Positions 22,379-31,381 of a stretch of 32,000 bases of DNA are shown here, piece after piece. Below the pieces are notes generated by a model. That model had not been told where the DNA came from. It saw only the letters and a list, made by a program, of their open reading frames with translations, and searched no databases. Position numbers and translations under genes: made by a program. The stretch comes from Candidatus Iainarchaeum sp. (GTDB lineage: Archaea; Iainarchaeota; Iainarchaeia; Iainarchaeales; CSSED10-239), in contig JAQVTI010000010.1 in the NCBI GenBank assembly GCA_028700115.1, positions 1 to 32,000 on the forward strand, given 5' to 3'. How positions within the stretch are numbered: the stretch's first letter is position 1; the number at the start of each line of letters is the position of its first letter.

Positions 22379-22945
22379 TTATTTAGAAGATTCTATTTCA
22401 TTTAAAGAATTTTTAGAAGATTTATCTAAATTTTGTTCTAAAACTTCTGTTTGATCTATTTCATCTTTTAAATCTTTATTAACATCAACTTTTTTTTCTA
22501 TTTTATTTTCTTTTTTATTTTGTATTTTATTTTCTTTTTTATTTTCAACTTTTGATGTTTCTTTAGATTTATTTTTAGATGATTTAGATTCCACCATAGA
22601 ATCTCTTACTTCTTCAAGTTTGTCTTTAACAGATTGCTTCTTTTTTACTTCTTTTGCTTTATTTAAATCATAATTTTTAAAAGCATCTGAATCTTTTAAG
22701 AAAACATATATATTTTCTTTATCATTTTTTAAAGAAACTTCAATTTTCCTTGGAGGATATCTAATACTATTTTTCCAAAGAAATTCATTTACTTCTTTTG
22801 AAAGAAAAACATTTTCTTTTTCTTTTCTTGTATGTTTTCTTAAGAAATCATAAACTAACCCAACAGCTACATTTGCTCTTTTAGTTCTAGGCTTATCATA
22901 AGCCTTTCTTAATGGTATTATATAACTTTCTGCAGGCATAGACAT
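22379..22945 (-). CDS. rpl31e: ribosomal protein L31e with a Lys/Glu/Asn-rich C-terminal extension
   Basis: ESYIIPLRKAYDKPRTKRANVAVGLVYDFLRKHTRKEKENVFLSKEVNEFLWKNSIRYPPRKIEVSL. The ATG at 22945 overlaps the rpl39e stop (TGATG). About 100 residues of tail include the ENKKENKI repeat. Confidence 0.85.
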   Translation of the reverse strand: MSMPAESYIIPLRKAYDKPRTKRANVAVGLVYDFLRKHTRKEKENVFLSKEVNEFLWKNSIRYPPRKIEVSLKNDKENIYVFLKDSDAFKNYDLNKAKEVKKKQSVKDKLEEVRDSMVESKSSKNKSKETSKVENKKENKIQNKKENKIEKKVDVNKDLKDEIDQTEVLEQNLDKSSKNSLNEIESSK

Positions 22946-23277
22946 CACTTCTTTCTCTTACTTTTTTTAATACTTTTATTTGTAATAGCAGTAGTATTTC
23001 TAGTTCTTACTTTTTTATTAAATCCAAATTTAACTTTTTTAGTTCTTTTTCCACTTTTTATAGGACTACTATTTTTTTCTTTTAATTTATCTAAGACTAA
23101 AGATCTATATTGAGAACCAAATTCTGTTTCTCTCCAATTTCTTTTTTGTCTTCTATTCCAAATTCTCTTTCCAGCCTTTTGAATAATCCAAACAGGAATA
23201 TTCATATATCCAAAACCTACTTTTTTTCTTTGAGCAATCAGGAATTCTTTAAATTCTCTATCTTTATTTCTTGCCAT
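22945..23277 (-). CDS. rpl39e: ribosomal protein L39e with a C-terminal extension
   Basis: MARNKDREFKEFLIAQRKKVGFGYMNIPVWIIQKAGKRIWNRRQKRNWRETEFG covers the L39e core. The AGGAG motif lies 8 nt upstream of ATG 23277. The track start is a GTG inside that RBS. Confidence 0.8.
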   Translation of the reverse strand: MARNKDREFKEFLIAQRKKVGFGYMNIPVWIIQKAGKRIWNRRQKRNWRETEFGSQYRSLVLDKLKEKNSSPIKSGKRTKKVKFGFNKKVRTRNTTAITNKSIKKSKRKK

Positions 23278-23296
23278 AAAAATCACTCCTTAAGTC

Positions 23297-23863
23297 CTAG
23301 TTTTCAGGCTCCTTTATTTGTTCAGAATCATTTTTATCTAAAAGATCTATTTTTTCTTTAATTACTTCTTTTTTATCAACTTTAGGTTTTTTAGTTACCA
23401 CCTTTGGTTTTTCTTCTTTTTCTTCTTTTTTTATATTAGTTAATACTTTAGAAGCAATAGAATCAAGATATTTTTGACCTTTAGAAGTTAAAATTCTTCC
23501 TTTTTTATCATCAGAAATTTTTACAAAACCTAACTTTTCTAAATCTTGTAAACAAACTCTAATTATTTTTCCACCAGATTTTCTAAAAACAGCTGGTCTA
23601 ACACCTCTTCTTTTTTTACCACCATAATATGATCTTAAAGAAGAAACAGTTACATTTCCAGAGATATACACTTTTCTTAAAATAGATGCCATTCTGATAA
23701 ACCACCAATCTGGATCTGTTGGTGCTTTTTCTCTATGAGAGCCGGTTTTTACAAATACAGCAAACTCTGGCATCAAAACACCCTTATTTTCTTTTAAGTC
23801 TTTTGCAACTTCTAAGATTAAAGGATGAGCCATTACATCTTTAACACTAGTCAAAGTTCTCAC
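23297..23863 (-). CDS. rps19e: ribosomal protein S19e with a Lys-rich C-terminal tail
   Basis: VKDV...ILEVAKDLKENKGVLMPEFAVFVKTGSHREKAPTDPDWWFIRMASILRKVYISGNVTVSSLRSYYGGKKRRGVRPAVFRKSGGKIIRVCLQDLEKLGFV. The start is uncertain. GTG 23863 lies inside a GAGGTGA motif, and TTG 23854 has better spacing from it. Confidence 0.88.
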   Translation of the reverse strand: MRTLTSVKDVMAHPLILEVAKDLKENKGVLMPEFAVFVKTGSHREKAPTDPDWWFIRMASILRKVYISGNVTVSSLRSYYGGKKRRGVRPAVFRKSGGKIIRVCLQDLEKLGFVKISDDKKGRILTSKGQKYLDSIASKVLTNIKKEEKEEKPKVVTKKPKVDKKEVIKEKIDLLDKNDSEQIKEPEN

Positions 23864-24035
23864 CTCATAGTAAATTAATACTATATATTTTTATCCTTTT
23901 TTAATAAATTTTTTTAAAAAAAGAATTATTTTTAAAAAATCTTTTTTAGAAATTAGATTTTTTAATAAACAATATATATTATAGAAAGAATCTATTTAAA
24001 TAGCTTTTCTTTATAATAATTTTCTTTAAAAAAAA

Positions 24036-25385
24036 CTAAATTTTTTGTTCTTTATATAATAAATGTTTTTTCATATAAAAATATGAATAAAAAGCAAAAA
24101 ACCAAGAAATTATAAAATTTACCCAAAAAATACTATAAATTCCAAAATCTAAAATAAAAACTACAAAAAAACAACCAATTATTAAAAATATAATTTTTTT
24201 AAAAAAAGAACCCCATAATAAAAATCCTGGTTTTTTAAAAGCTTGAAGTGTATATGCACTAATCATAAAAATAATTTCAGAAAAAACAGATAATATCGTA
24301 ATTCTTATTATTTTTACACCAATAGTTATTACAGAAAGATCTTTTGAAAAAATTATAATTGCATATTTTGAAAAAATAAATAAAATTACTGAAAATAATC
24401 CTATAATTAAAAAACTATATTTAAAAGATTTGTTAATAGTTTCTTTTATTCTTATAATATTTTTGGCTCCATTATTTTGTGAAACAATTGCAATTAAAGC
24501 CATGACTAAACCAATTAATGGAGTTATAATAATTTGTTCAATTCTAGAAGAAACACCTACTGCTGCAATAACTTCATTTCCAAAAAAAGATAAAAAATAA
24601 ATTAAAATTATTGAAGATAATGATAAAATAATATTACTAAAACTTGCAGGTAATGAATATTTTAAAATAATCATATAATTTTTTATTTTAGGAATAAAAT
24701 ATTTTAATTTAATTTGTCTAAAAAATGGATCTTTTAAAATAATCAATAATAAAATTAAAAATTTAATAAAATTAATTAAAATAGTAGCAAAAGCAATACC
24801 TTTAAGACCCATTGATGGAATAATCCAAAATCCATTCATAAATAGAGGATCTAAAATAATATTTGTAATTACTCCTATTACAACTAAATTTCTAAAAGTT
24901 TTTGAATCCCCTCTAGATATTAATATTGAATTTAATAAGTTTATAAAAAGAATAAATGGAATCCCAATATACAAAATATAAACATAATCTAAAGTTAATC
25001 TAAAAACCTCTAAATTCAAATGTAATAAATCTAAAATAGGTTTTGTAAAAAAAATTCCTATTAAAACTAAAAATATAGATAAAAATAAAACTAAAATAAT
25101 TCCTTGAGCTATTTGTTTTTGAGCATCTATTTTTTTATTTTCTCCTAATAAATTACCTACAAGAGTATTCATTCCAATACCAATTCCAGACCCTAAACTA
25201 ATTATTATAAAAAAAATAGGCATAGAAACAGTCATTGCAGAAAGGGCATCTACTGATATTTTTCCTGCATAAAATGTATCTATTAAATTATAAAATGTTT
25301 GAAAAATAAAACCTATTGCTGCTGGAACAGCTATATTTTTAATATGCTTTGAAATACTTCCTTTTGTAAGATCTTCTTTATTCAT
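24036..25385 (-). CDS. MATE-family efflux transporter
   Basis: About 12 TM helices. The N-terminus LTKGSISKHIKNIAVPAAIGFIFQTFYNLIDTFYAGKIS is typical of MATE/NorM. ATG 25385 is preferred over the track's TTG. Confidence 0.78.
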   Translation of the reverse strand: MNKEDLTKGSISKHIKNIAVPAAIGFIFQTFYNLIDTFYAGKISVDALSAMTVSMPIFFIIISLGSGIGIGMNTLVGNLLGENKKIDAQKQIAQGIILVLFLSIFLVLIGIFFTKPILDLLHLNLEVFRLTLDYVYILYIGIPFILFINLLNSILISRGDSKTFRNLVVIGVITNIILDPLFMNGFWIIPSMGLKGIAFATILINFIKFLILLLIILKDPFFRQIKLKYFIPKIKNYMIILKYSLPASFSNIILSLSSIILIYFLSFFGNEVIAAVGVSSRIEQIIITPLIGLVMALIAIVSQNNGAKNIIRIKETINKSFKYSFLIIGLFSVILFIFSKYAIIIFSKDLSVITIGVKIIRITILSVFSEIIFMISAYTLQAFKKPGFLLWGSFFKKIIFLIIGCFFVVFILDFGIYSIFWVNFIISWFFAFYSYFYMKKHLLYKEQKI

Positions 25386-25470
25386 ATTTACCAAATAAAA
25401 ATATATTATTTTTTAATTTTTAAAGAAAATTGATTTTTAATTTTTAAAAATAATGCTTATTAAAAAAAAA

Positions 25471-25794
25471 TTATTTTTTACAAAGATTAATTTTTTTAAT
25501 ATACCCACAAACAAGACAATTATAAATTTTATATTTATAAATTTTATTATTTTTTTTAAGATTTTTAAATCTAATTAAAGTATTTTCTGAATTTCTAATT
25601 GTCAAACAATTTTTACAAATTTTTGAATGAAATTCCTTAGATAAAGGTTTATTAATTTTTTTAGATAATTCAATTATTAAAGAAATATAATCATAAATAT
25701 ATGGATTTTTTAAATTAATATTTTTATTTTCTACTATTGCAAAATTAATTAAAAATTGTATATATTCATTAATTTTTAATTTATTATTACTCAT
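25471..25794 (-). CDS. RNase P protein subunit Rpp21/Rpr2-like (zinc ribbon)
   Basis: A helical N-terminal half is followed by ICKNCLTIRNSENTLIRFKNLKKNNKIYKYKIYNCLVCGYIKKI. The spacing CxxC...about 28 aa...CxxC and the size (107 aa) match archaeal Rpp21. Confidence 0.55.
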   Translation of the reverse strand: MSNNKLKINEYIQFLINFAIVENKNINLKNPYIYDYISLIIELSKKINKPLSKEFHSKICKNCLTIRNSENTLIRFKNLKKNNKIYKYKIYNCLVCGYIKKINLCKK

Positions 25795-25809
25795 ACTTAA
25801 ACCTTAGTA

Positions 25810-25881
25810 TGCACTCGCCGGGATTCGAACCCGAGCCGAAAGCTTGGCAAGCTTCCATACTAACCACTATACTACGAGTGC
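25810..25881 (-). tRNA. tRNA-Gly (anticodon GCC), no encoded CCA
   Basis: Minus strand: GCACTCG TA GTAT AGTGGTTA GTAT G GAAGC TTGCCAA GCTTT CGGC TCGGG TTCGAAT CCCGG CGAGTGC A. Confidence 0.88.
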
Positions 25882-25947
25882 TATATTTTAATATGTATTA
25901 TATAATAAAATCTTTTTAAATTAAACCTTTTTATTATTTTAATATAA

Positions 25948-27723
25948 TTAAGAATTATTTTTATAACTTGTAATAAATAAAATTAATAAACAAATAAAAA
26001 TTAAACTTAAAACATACATAAAAATTTTAAAATAAGAAACATCTTTACTATAATCTTTTACAACTTCTTGCCAAATATCAACATATTCCTCTTCTGTATC
26101 AATTATATTGTTTAAAGAATTATTTACATCTATATTTAATTTATTGTCTAAAATAATTTCATTTTTAAAAATTTTAATTGTATTTAAATAATCATAATCT
26201 CTTGTAATTTCTAAAAATAAACTATTTATATCTTCTGATATAGTTTTTATAATTTTTTTAGATTCACCAGAATAAATGGTAATATTTTCAATATTTTCTT
26301 TATTATTATAAAAAAAATTAATATCTATATTTTTATTTACATCAGTATAATTAAATGTATCAATATCTATTTGTAAAAAACCATCTTTAAAATGAAATAA
26401 AGGATCATATACAAAAAATGCTTCTCTAAAAATTCCTTTGTCTTTATATATTTCTACAAATGAATTTTCATCTTTTAATTGAGTAGAAACTATAAAATTA
26501 TAATACATTGGAAAAGAAACTTCTGGAAGTATATAAAAAAAAGATAATTCTTTTTCTTCAAATGGATCTAAATATATAATAAGATTATTTTCTTTAGGAT
26601 ATATTAATTGAAATTGATTATGTGTATTTATTTGTATTAAAGTAATTAAAGGATTAATAGATGTATTTTTAATGAATGCCTTTATTTCAAAAGCACTTTT
26701 TTCTTTCATTGTTTTTTCAGAAATAATATCTAAATCTAAAACATTTGAAAATCCTAAATCTTGAAAATTATTTTGAGAATTTATCTTAAAATCAAAAATT
26801 CTTTCATGAAAATTTACAGATACGTTATTTGCAGTTGTAACTTTATCTTTAATATCTAAAGAATCTTTAGATACATTTAAAAGAATATGAGAGGCATCTA
26901 CTAATCCTACTTCTCCATAAGTTGGGTCAACTGGAATCCAACCTTGATTTGGGATATATACTTCAAGCCATGCATGTGCTTGCCATTCATAAGTACTATT
27001 AGAATAACCACTAACATATCTTACAGGAAAACCTCTTGCTCTAAGTAAAGATGCTGCTAAAACTGAAAATTCATCACAAACACCTTCCATTTCTTCTAAT
27101 ACTTTTATAGATTCATAGGTTTTTTCTGAATATTTTATATTATAAGTAATATTTTGATGAACCCAATTTGTATATTCTACAAGTTCTTTAAAAGCATTAT
27201 TTGATTTAGAAATTTGTTTAGATAAACTTATTATTTCTCCTCTATCTGATTGTATATTTAAAGAAGGTTCTTTATATTCAATAAATTCATTAATATCATT
27301 TTCTAAAGAATAAATATTATTTGTAAGAAGAAATTTATTTTCTGAAATTATATTTGCAAAAATTATAAATTCATAATAATTTTTATCAATAGAAGAAATC
27401 TCAAAAACAGCAATTAAATTACCAAATTCATCTTTTTCAATTTCTGCAAAATGTTTTTCTCCTTTTGAATCAAAATAATAATATTCTGATGAAACTATTT
27501 TTTGAAAAGAAGTATCATAAAAAACAGGAGTTTTAAAAATAAAATTATTATTAGAATTATAATTTTCAAAAGATACTGGAATTACAATATTTAAATCTAA
27601 ATCAATTTTTTTAGCTTTAATAACATCAAAGTTTAATTCTTCTAAATTTGCTTCAGCAATAATATTTATACTATTTAATAATAAAAAAATAATTAAAAAA
27701 ATTATAACAATATATTTTTTCAT
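25948..27723 (-). CDS. transglutaminase-like (Cys-His-Asp core) surface protein with an N-terminal signal and a C-terminal TM anchor
   Basis: MKKYIVIIFLIIFLLLNSINIIA; core EGVCDEFSVLAASLLRARGFPVRYVSGY...QAHAWLEVYIPNQGWIPVDPT; C-terminal FKIFMYVLSLIFICLLILFITSY. Confidence 0.75.
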   Translation of the reverse strand: MKKYIVIIFLIIFLLLNSINIIAEANLEELNFDVIKAKKIDLDLNIVIPVSFENYNSNNNFIFKTPVFYDTSFQKIVSSEYYYFDSKGEKHFAEIEKDEFGNLIAVFEISSIDKNYYEFIIFANIISENKFLLTNNIYSLENDINEFIEYKEPSLNIQSDRGEIISLSKQISKSNNAFKELVEYTNWVHQNITYNIKYSEKTYESIKVLEEMEGVCDEFSVLAASLLRARGFPVRYVSGYSNSTYEWQAHAWLEVYIPNQGWIPVDPTYGEVGLVDASHILLNVSKDSLDIKDKVTTANNVSVNFHERIFDFKINSQNNFQDLGFSNVLDLDIISEKTMKEKSAFEIKAFIKNTSINPLITLIQINTHNQFQLIYPKENNLIIYLDPFEEKELSFFYILPEVSFPMYYNFIVSTQLKDENSFVEIYKDKGIFREAFFVYDPLFHFKDGFLQIDIDTFNYTDVNKNIDINFFYNNKENIENITIYSGESKKIIKTISEDINSLFLEITRDYDYLNTIKIFKNEIILDNKLNIDVNNSLNNIIDTEEEYVDIWQEVVKDYSKDVSYFKIFMYVLSLIFICLLILFITSYKNNS

Positions 27724-27844
27724 AAAAACACCTATAAAATAAGATTCTTTAAAGATAATAAGGTTTATAAAATATATTATAAATTTAAAATATAATTAAA
27801 TTTAAAAATATAAAAATAACTAAATTAAAAAAAGTAGGAAAAAA

Positions 27845-27917
27845 TGATCCTAGGCAGAGTCGAACTGCCGATCTTCGCCTTGTAAGGGCGACATCATAAC
27901 CACTAGACCATAGGATC
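27845..27917 (-). tRNA. tRNA-Val (anticodon UAC), no encoded CCA
   Basis: Minus strand: GATCCTA TG GTCT AGTGGTTA TGAT G TCGCC CTTACAA GGCGA AGATC GGCAG TTCGACT CTGCC TAGGATC A. Confidence 0.88.
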
Positions 27918-28161
27918 TTTTTAGAAATTAAGTTTTTAAAAATAGAATAACTACATTTCTATTTATATTTAAGAACAATAAAATATTTAAAGCTATTTAT
28001 ATTATGTAGTTTAAAAAAAATCAAAAAAATGTTTTAATTTAAATACATAAAATTAATTTTAAAATCTAAAATTAATAAAAAAATAAATTAAAAAAATAAA
28101 AAGATTTAAATACTCTATATCTAATAAATATTATATATTTTATATTTAAAGGTGATATTAA

Positions 28162-28620
28162 ATGACAAGTAGACTTTATATGACAAAACTAATTGGAGGT
28201 TTCCTTTTTATTTTTGGAATATTTTTTTTAATTCTTTCTATAACTAATTTATTTAATGATGTTGATTTTATAGAAGAATATAAAACATGTATAACAATTT
28301 CGGATTATAACCCAGAAATATTAGATTCATGTAAATATAATGCTTCAAATGGTCTAAAAATTGTAATTAGAGATAATCAAGTAGAATTAACACAGAGTCA
28401 ATATATTAAAATTTATGTAAGGGAAACAATAGCAGTTTTATTTTCCATACTTTTAATAATTATTGGTGATTTTGTTTATATTGGAACTAAAAAAAGAATA
28501 AATTATCATGAAGAATTAATAAGCAAAATTGAAGAAAAACCATTAATTAAACCATTAATTAAAAAAAAGAATAAAACCAAAAAAATTACAACTAAAAAAA
28601 ATATAAAAAAGAAGAAATAA
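28162..28620 (+). CDS. small membrane protein, hypothetical
   Basis: Two predicted TM helices (LIGGFLFIFGIFFLILSI; IAVLFSILLIIIGDFVYIG) and a basic tail with a KPLIKPLIK repeat. GGTGA (28151-28155) lies 6 nt before the ATG. Confidence 0.5.
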   Translation: MTSRLYMTKLIGGFLFIFGIFFLILSITNLFNDVDFIEEYKTCITISDYNPEILDSCKYNASNGLKIVIRDNQVELTQSQYIKIYVRETIAVLFSILLIIIGDFVYIGTKKRINYHEELISKIEEKPLIKPLIKKKNKTKKITTKKNIKKKK

Positions 28621-28650
28621 TCTTCTTTTATTTTTTATTTTTAAAGAAAC

Positions 28651-30489
28651 TTATTTTTTAAGCTCATTATATGTAATTATTCCAATTTCTTTATGATCTT
28701 TTAATTTAGATTTTGGAGCAACTATAAAATAAACTTTATTATTAATTGCAGTTTTTAAAAGTTCTTCAGAAATATCTTGACCTGTAACTATTGCAAATAT
28801 TTTACTTTTAAAAGAATTAATTTTATTTATAATATCTTTATTTTTAGAATTACCAATTCTTCTAAGCTTTTCATTTAAAATTCTTGATTCTTCTTTTCCA
28901 TCAACATCTTCTAAAATTTTTAAAAAATTTTTTCTCATTTTATCAGTAATTTTTGGAATAATTATTTTTTCTTCTTTTATAGGTTCTTTAATTTCTTCTT
29001 TCTTAATAAATTCTTTTTTTTCAAATATATTTTTTGTCATAATATTCCCAGATTTATTAATATTTTTTAAAGAATTAATATTACTTGAAGAAACAGGTGG
29101 TTTTAAATTAGATTTTAAAAAAGATTGTTCTTTAGAAAAATTTGAAGAAATTTGATTTTCTAAAGATATTTTTTTAGGAAATTCAGATTTATTAGAAAGA
29201 TCTTTAAATTCTTTCACTGCATTTTCAACTTTATCTTTTAAAGTAAGTGGTTTTTTTGAAAATACATTTAAATTATTATTAATAATTTTATTATTTTCAA
29301 TAGGAGATTGTTTTAAATTATTATTAATAATTTTATTATTTTCAATAGGAGATTGTTTTAAATTATTATTAATAAATACAGAATCTGATTTTATATTTTC
29401 TGATCTATTAGTTAAAAAGTTTGGTTTATTATTAAATGTATTTCGTTTATTATTCATATTATTAAAAGAAGAATGTGAAAAATTATTTTTTGAAACATCA
29501 ATTCTTTCAACATTAGGAATATTTGAAAGCATATTTTCAAAATCATCTCCTGTTTTTATAGGTTCTTTAAATTTATTATATACTTTTTCATTTTGCTTAA
29601 CCTTATGTTCATGAGTAATTGAAAATTTAGTTTGTTTTACAAGACCTGGTTGTCTAGGAGTTATAGATGATTCTATTAAATTTGATTTAATTTTTCTTCT
29701 TAATGCTTGATTAATTTCTTTTTGTGTAAGTTCTTCAACTTCTTTTCCATCTGGAGCTCTAGCTATATAATCAACTCTAATTGCTTTTAAAAGTTGAGAT
29801 TGCTGTATTTCCCCCCCATGATCCCCATCTAAAAATAAAGTAACTTCTTTATTTTTACAAATATCTGATAAAGATTTTGGAATTCTAGCACCATTTGTTG
29901 AAATAACATTTGTAAATCCATATTTTAACATATTTATTACATCTGCTCTTCCTTCAACAACAATTAATTCTTTAGAAGCATCTATTGTTGGACCTGCTGG
30001 AAGTCTATCAGGACCATAATTCACAATTTCTCTTGTTTTAAATGTATCTGAAATTTCATCCATTAATTCTCTAGTATCTGGAATTTGATCTTGCATAAGT
30101 TTTCCAAGAAGAGAAATTGCTCTTTCTTTAATTTGTTTTCTTTTAAGTCCTCTAGTATCTTCAATTTGTTTAATAATAAAAGAAGTATCACAAGGACCAA
30201 CTTTATCAATAGATTCAATAGATGCACCAATTATTGCAGTTTCTACCATTGACAAACTACATGGAAGTTTTAAATTTCCTGAAGTTTTATTTCCTTGATG
30301 AGATAAAGTTATTTCAATTCTTCCAATTTTACCATTTTGTTGTAATTCTTTAATATCTAATTGAGAGCCTAAAAGTCCTTCAGATTGACCAAAAATAGCA
30401 CCAATTACATCTGGTCTTTCAACAAGACCATTTACTTCAAAATCTGCAACTATCATATATTTAATAGTTTCTAAATAAGTTTTACCCAT
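28651..30489 (-). CDS. dnaG: archaeal DnaG-type primase/exosome-associated TOPRIM protein with a long low-complexity insert
   Basis: The N-terminus MGKTYLETIKYMIVADFEVNGLVERPDVIGAIFGQSEGLLG is typical of archaeal DnaG. TOPRIM: LIVVEGRADVINMLKYG...LFLDGDHGGE. The conserved C-terminal segment is IFAIVTGQDISEELLKTAINNKVYFIV. Confidence 0.88.
   Translation of the reverse strand: MGKTYLETIKYMIVADFEVNGLVERPDVIGAIFGQSEGLLGSQLDIKELQQNGKIGRIEITLSHQGNKTSGNLKLPCSLSMVETAIIGASIESIDKVGPCDTSFIIKQIEDTRGLKRKQIKERAISLLGKLMQDQIPDTRELMDEISDTFKTREIVNYGPDRLPAGPTIDASKELIVVEGRADVINMLKYGFTNVISTNGARIPKSLSDICKNKEVTLFLDGDHGGEIQQSQLLKAIRVDYIARAPDGKEVEELTQKEINQALRRKIKSNLIESSITPRQPGLVKQTKFSITHEHKVKQNEKVYNKFKEPIKTGDDFENMLSNIPNVERIDVSKNNFSHSSFNNMNNKRNTFNNKPNFLTNRSENIKSDSVFINNNLKQSPIENNKIINNNLKQSPIENNKIINNNLNVFSKKPLTLKDKVENAVKEFKDLSNKSEFPKKISLENQISSNFSKEQSFLKSNLKPPVSSSNINSLKNINKSGNIMTKNIFEKKEFIKKEEIKEPIKEEKIIIPKITDKMRKNFLKILEDVDGKEESRILNEKLRRIGNSKNKDIINKINSFKSKIFAIVTGQDISEELLKTAINNKVYFIVAPKSKLKDHKEIGIITYNELKK
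29267..29375. repeat. 45-nt in-frame tandem repeat (2 full copies plus 19 nt) inside dnaG
   Basis: The unit tttaaattattattaataattttattattttcaataggagattgt recurs at offset 45. It encodes NNNLKQSPIENNKII twice. Confidence 0.85.
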
Positions 30490-30624
30490 AGATTATCACC
30501 AATAATTTATATTTGATAATCTCTAAAATCATTAATTAAAAAAGAAAAATAGATTTTTAAAAAGAATTTATATAAGTCATTTTAATTTTACTTATATATA
30601 ATATCTAAAAATAATTTAAATTAA

Positions 30625-30867
30625 CTAAATAATATCTATAACTCTAACTATCTTTGAATGTGATTTTTCTCCCTTAACTAATTCTATTTTATAGCCAAGG
30701 TCTTTAAAAAAACTAATTATTTCCTTGTTTGCCTTTCCTTTTAAAGGCTGTGAATGTATTTTAACTTTATATGTATCTTTTTCTAAAAAATCTATATCTT
30801 GTTTTTTAGAATTACATATTATTAAAAGATTTAATATCTGATCTTTTTTTAGTTTTTTTAAATTCAT
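30625..30867 (-). CDS. DUF167/YggU-family protein
   Basis: KVKIHSQPLKGKANKEIISFFKDLGYKIELVKGEKSHSKIVRV matches the YggU signature (A-x-P-x-x-G-K-A-N...G-x-x-S-x-x-K). Confidence 0.6.
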   Translation of the reverse strand: MNLKKLKKDQILNLLIICNSKKQDIDFLEKDTYKVKIHSQPLKGKANKEIISFFKDLGYKIELVKGEKSHSKIVRVIDII

Positions 30868-31097
30868 ATTTATAATCTTAAAGTAATAAAATTCAAATTA
30901 TTTTTAAAAGTAAATCTTTGTTTGAAAAAATAATAAATTCTCTTTAAATCTCTAAAAATCTTTTTTTCATCTAGAGATGATTTTTAGTTTTTGTAAAAGG
31001 TTTAAAAATTAAAACCTTCTATATTTTATAATTTATATAATTACTATAAATATTATAGAACAAAACATTTAAAAAACAAGATTTATATATTATATTT

Positions 31098-31373
31098 ATG
31101 AGTCCTAAATTTTATGCAACAAAATTTACAAAAAAAATAATGAAAGATACTCTAAAAGATCTAAAAAAAGAAGTTACTAATTTTAGAATACATATAAAAA
31201 ATCCTTCTAAAAAAGAAATTTTAGAACAAAATTTATTAATAAAAATTAAAAATATACTAACTTTATATGAAGAAATGAAAAAAACAGGCACACAATTAAA
31301 TGATGCGGATAAAAAAGCAATAGAAGGTTATAAAAAAATATATACAATATACAAAGAAATATTAAATAAATAG
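31098..31373 (+). CDS. hypothetical helical protein
   Basis: A 91-aa Lys-rich ORF immediately upstream of hjc (8-nt gap). No family was recognised. Confidence 0.4.
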   Translation: MSPKFYATKFTKKIMKDTLKDLKKEVTNFRIHIKNPSKKEILEQNLLIKIKNILTLYEEMKKTGTQLNDADKKAIEGYKKIYTIYKEILNK

Positions 31374-31381
31374 GGTAAGTT

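Noticed and set aside
27949-28011. An 8-nt inverted repeat (aactacat / atgtagtt) flanking an 11-nt direct repeat (ctatttatatt) in the 244-nt gap after tRNA-Val, considered as a possible origin or ORB-like element.
   Set aside because: The arms are short, it does not extend beyond 8 bp, and it has no resemblance to ORB or mini-ORB motifs. No orc1/cdc6 gene is nearby. Matches of this size are expected by chance at this base composition.
20546-29375. Tandem repeats at 20546-20607, about 22499-22546, about 28538-28564 and 29267-29375 as possible CRISPR or minisatellite loci.
   Set aside because: All are in-frame, head-to-tail repeats with no spacers, inside coding sequences (ftsY, rpl31e, the membrane protein, dnaG). 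They encode low-complexity peptide repeats and are not CRISPR arrays.
30868-31097. Weak AT-only hairpins (for example aaggttt-N8-aaacctt) and near-palindromes in the divergent intergenic region between DUF167 and the hypothetical gene.
   Set aside because: The stems are purely A/T, seven base pairs or fewer, or imperfect. They cannot be told apart from background in this AT-rich DNA, and I could verify no conserved motif.
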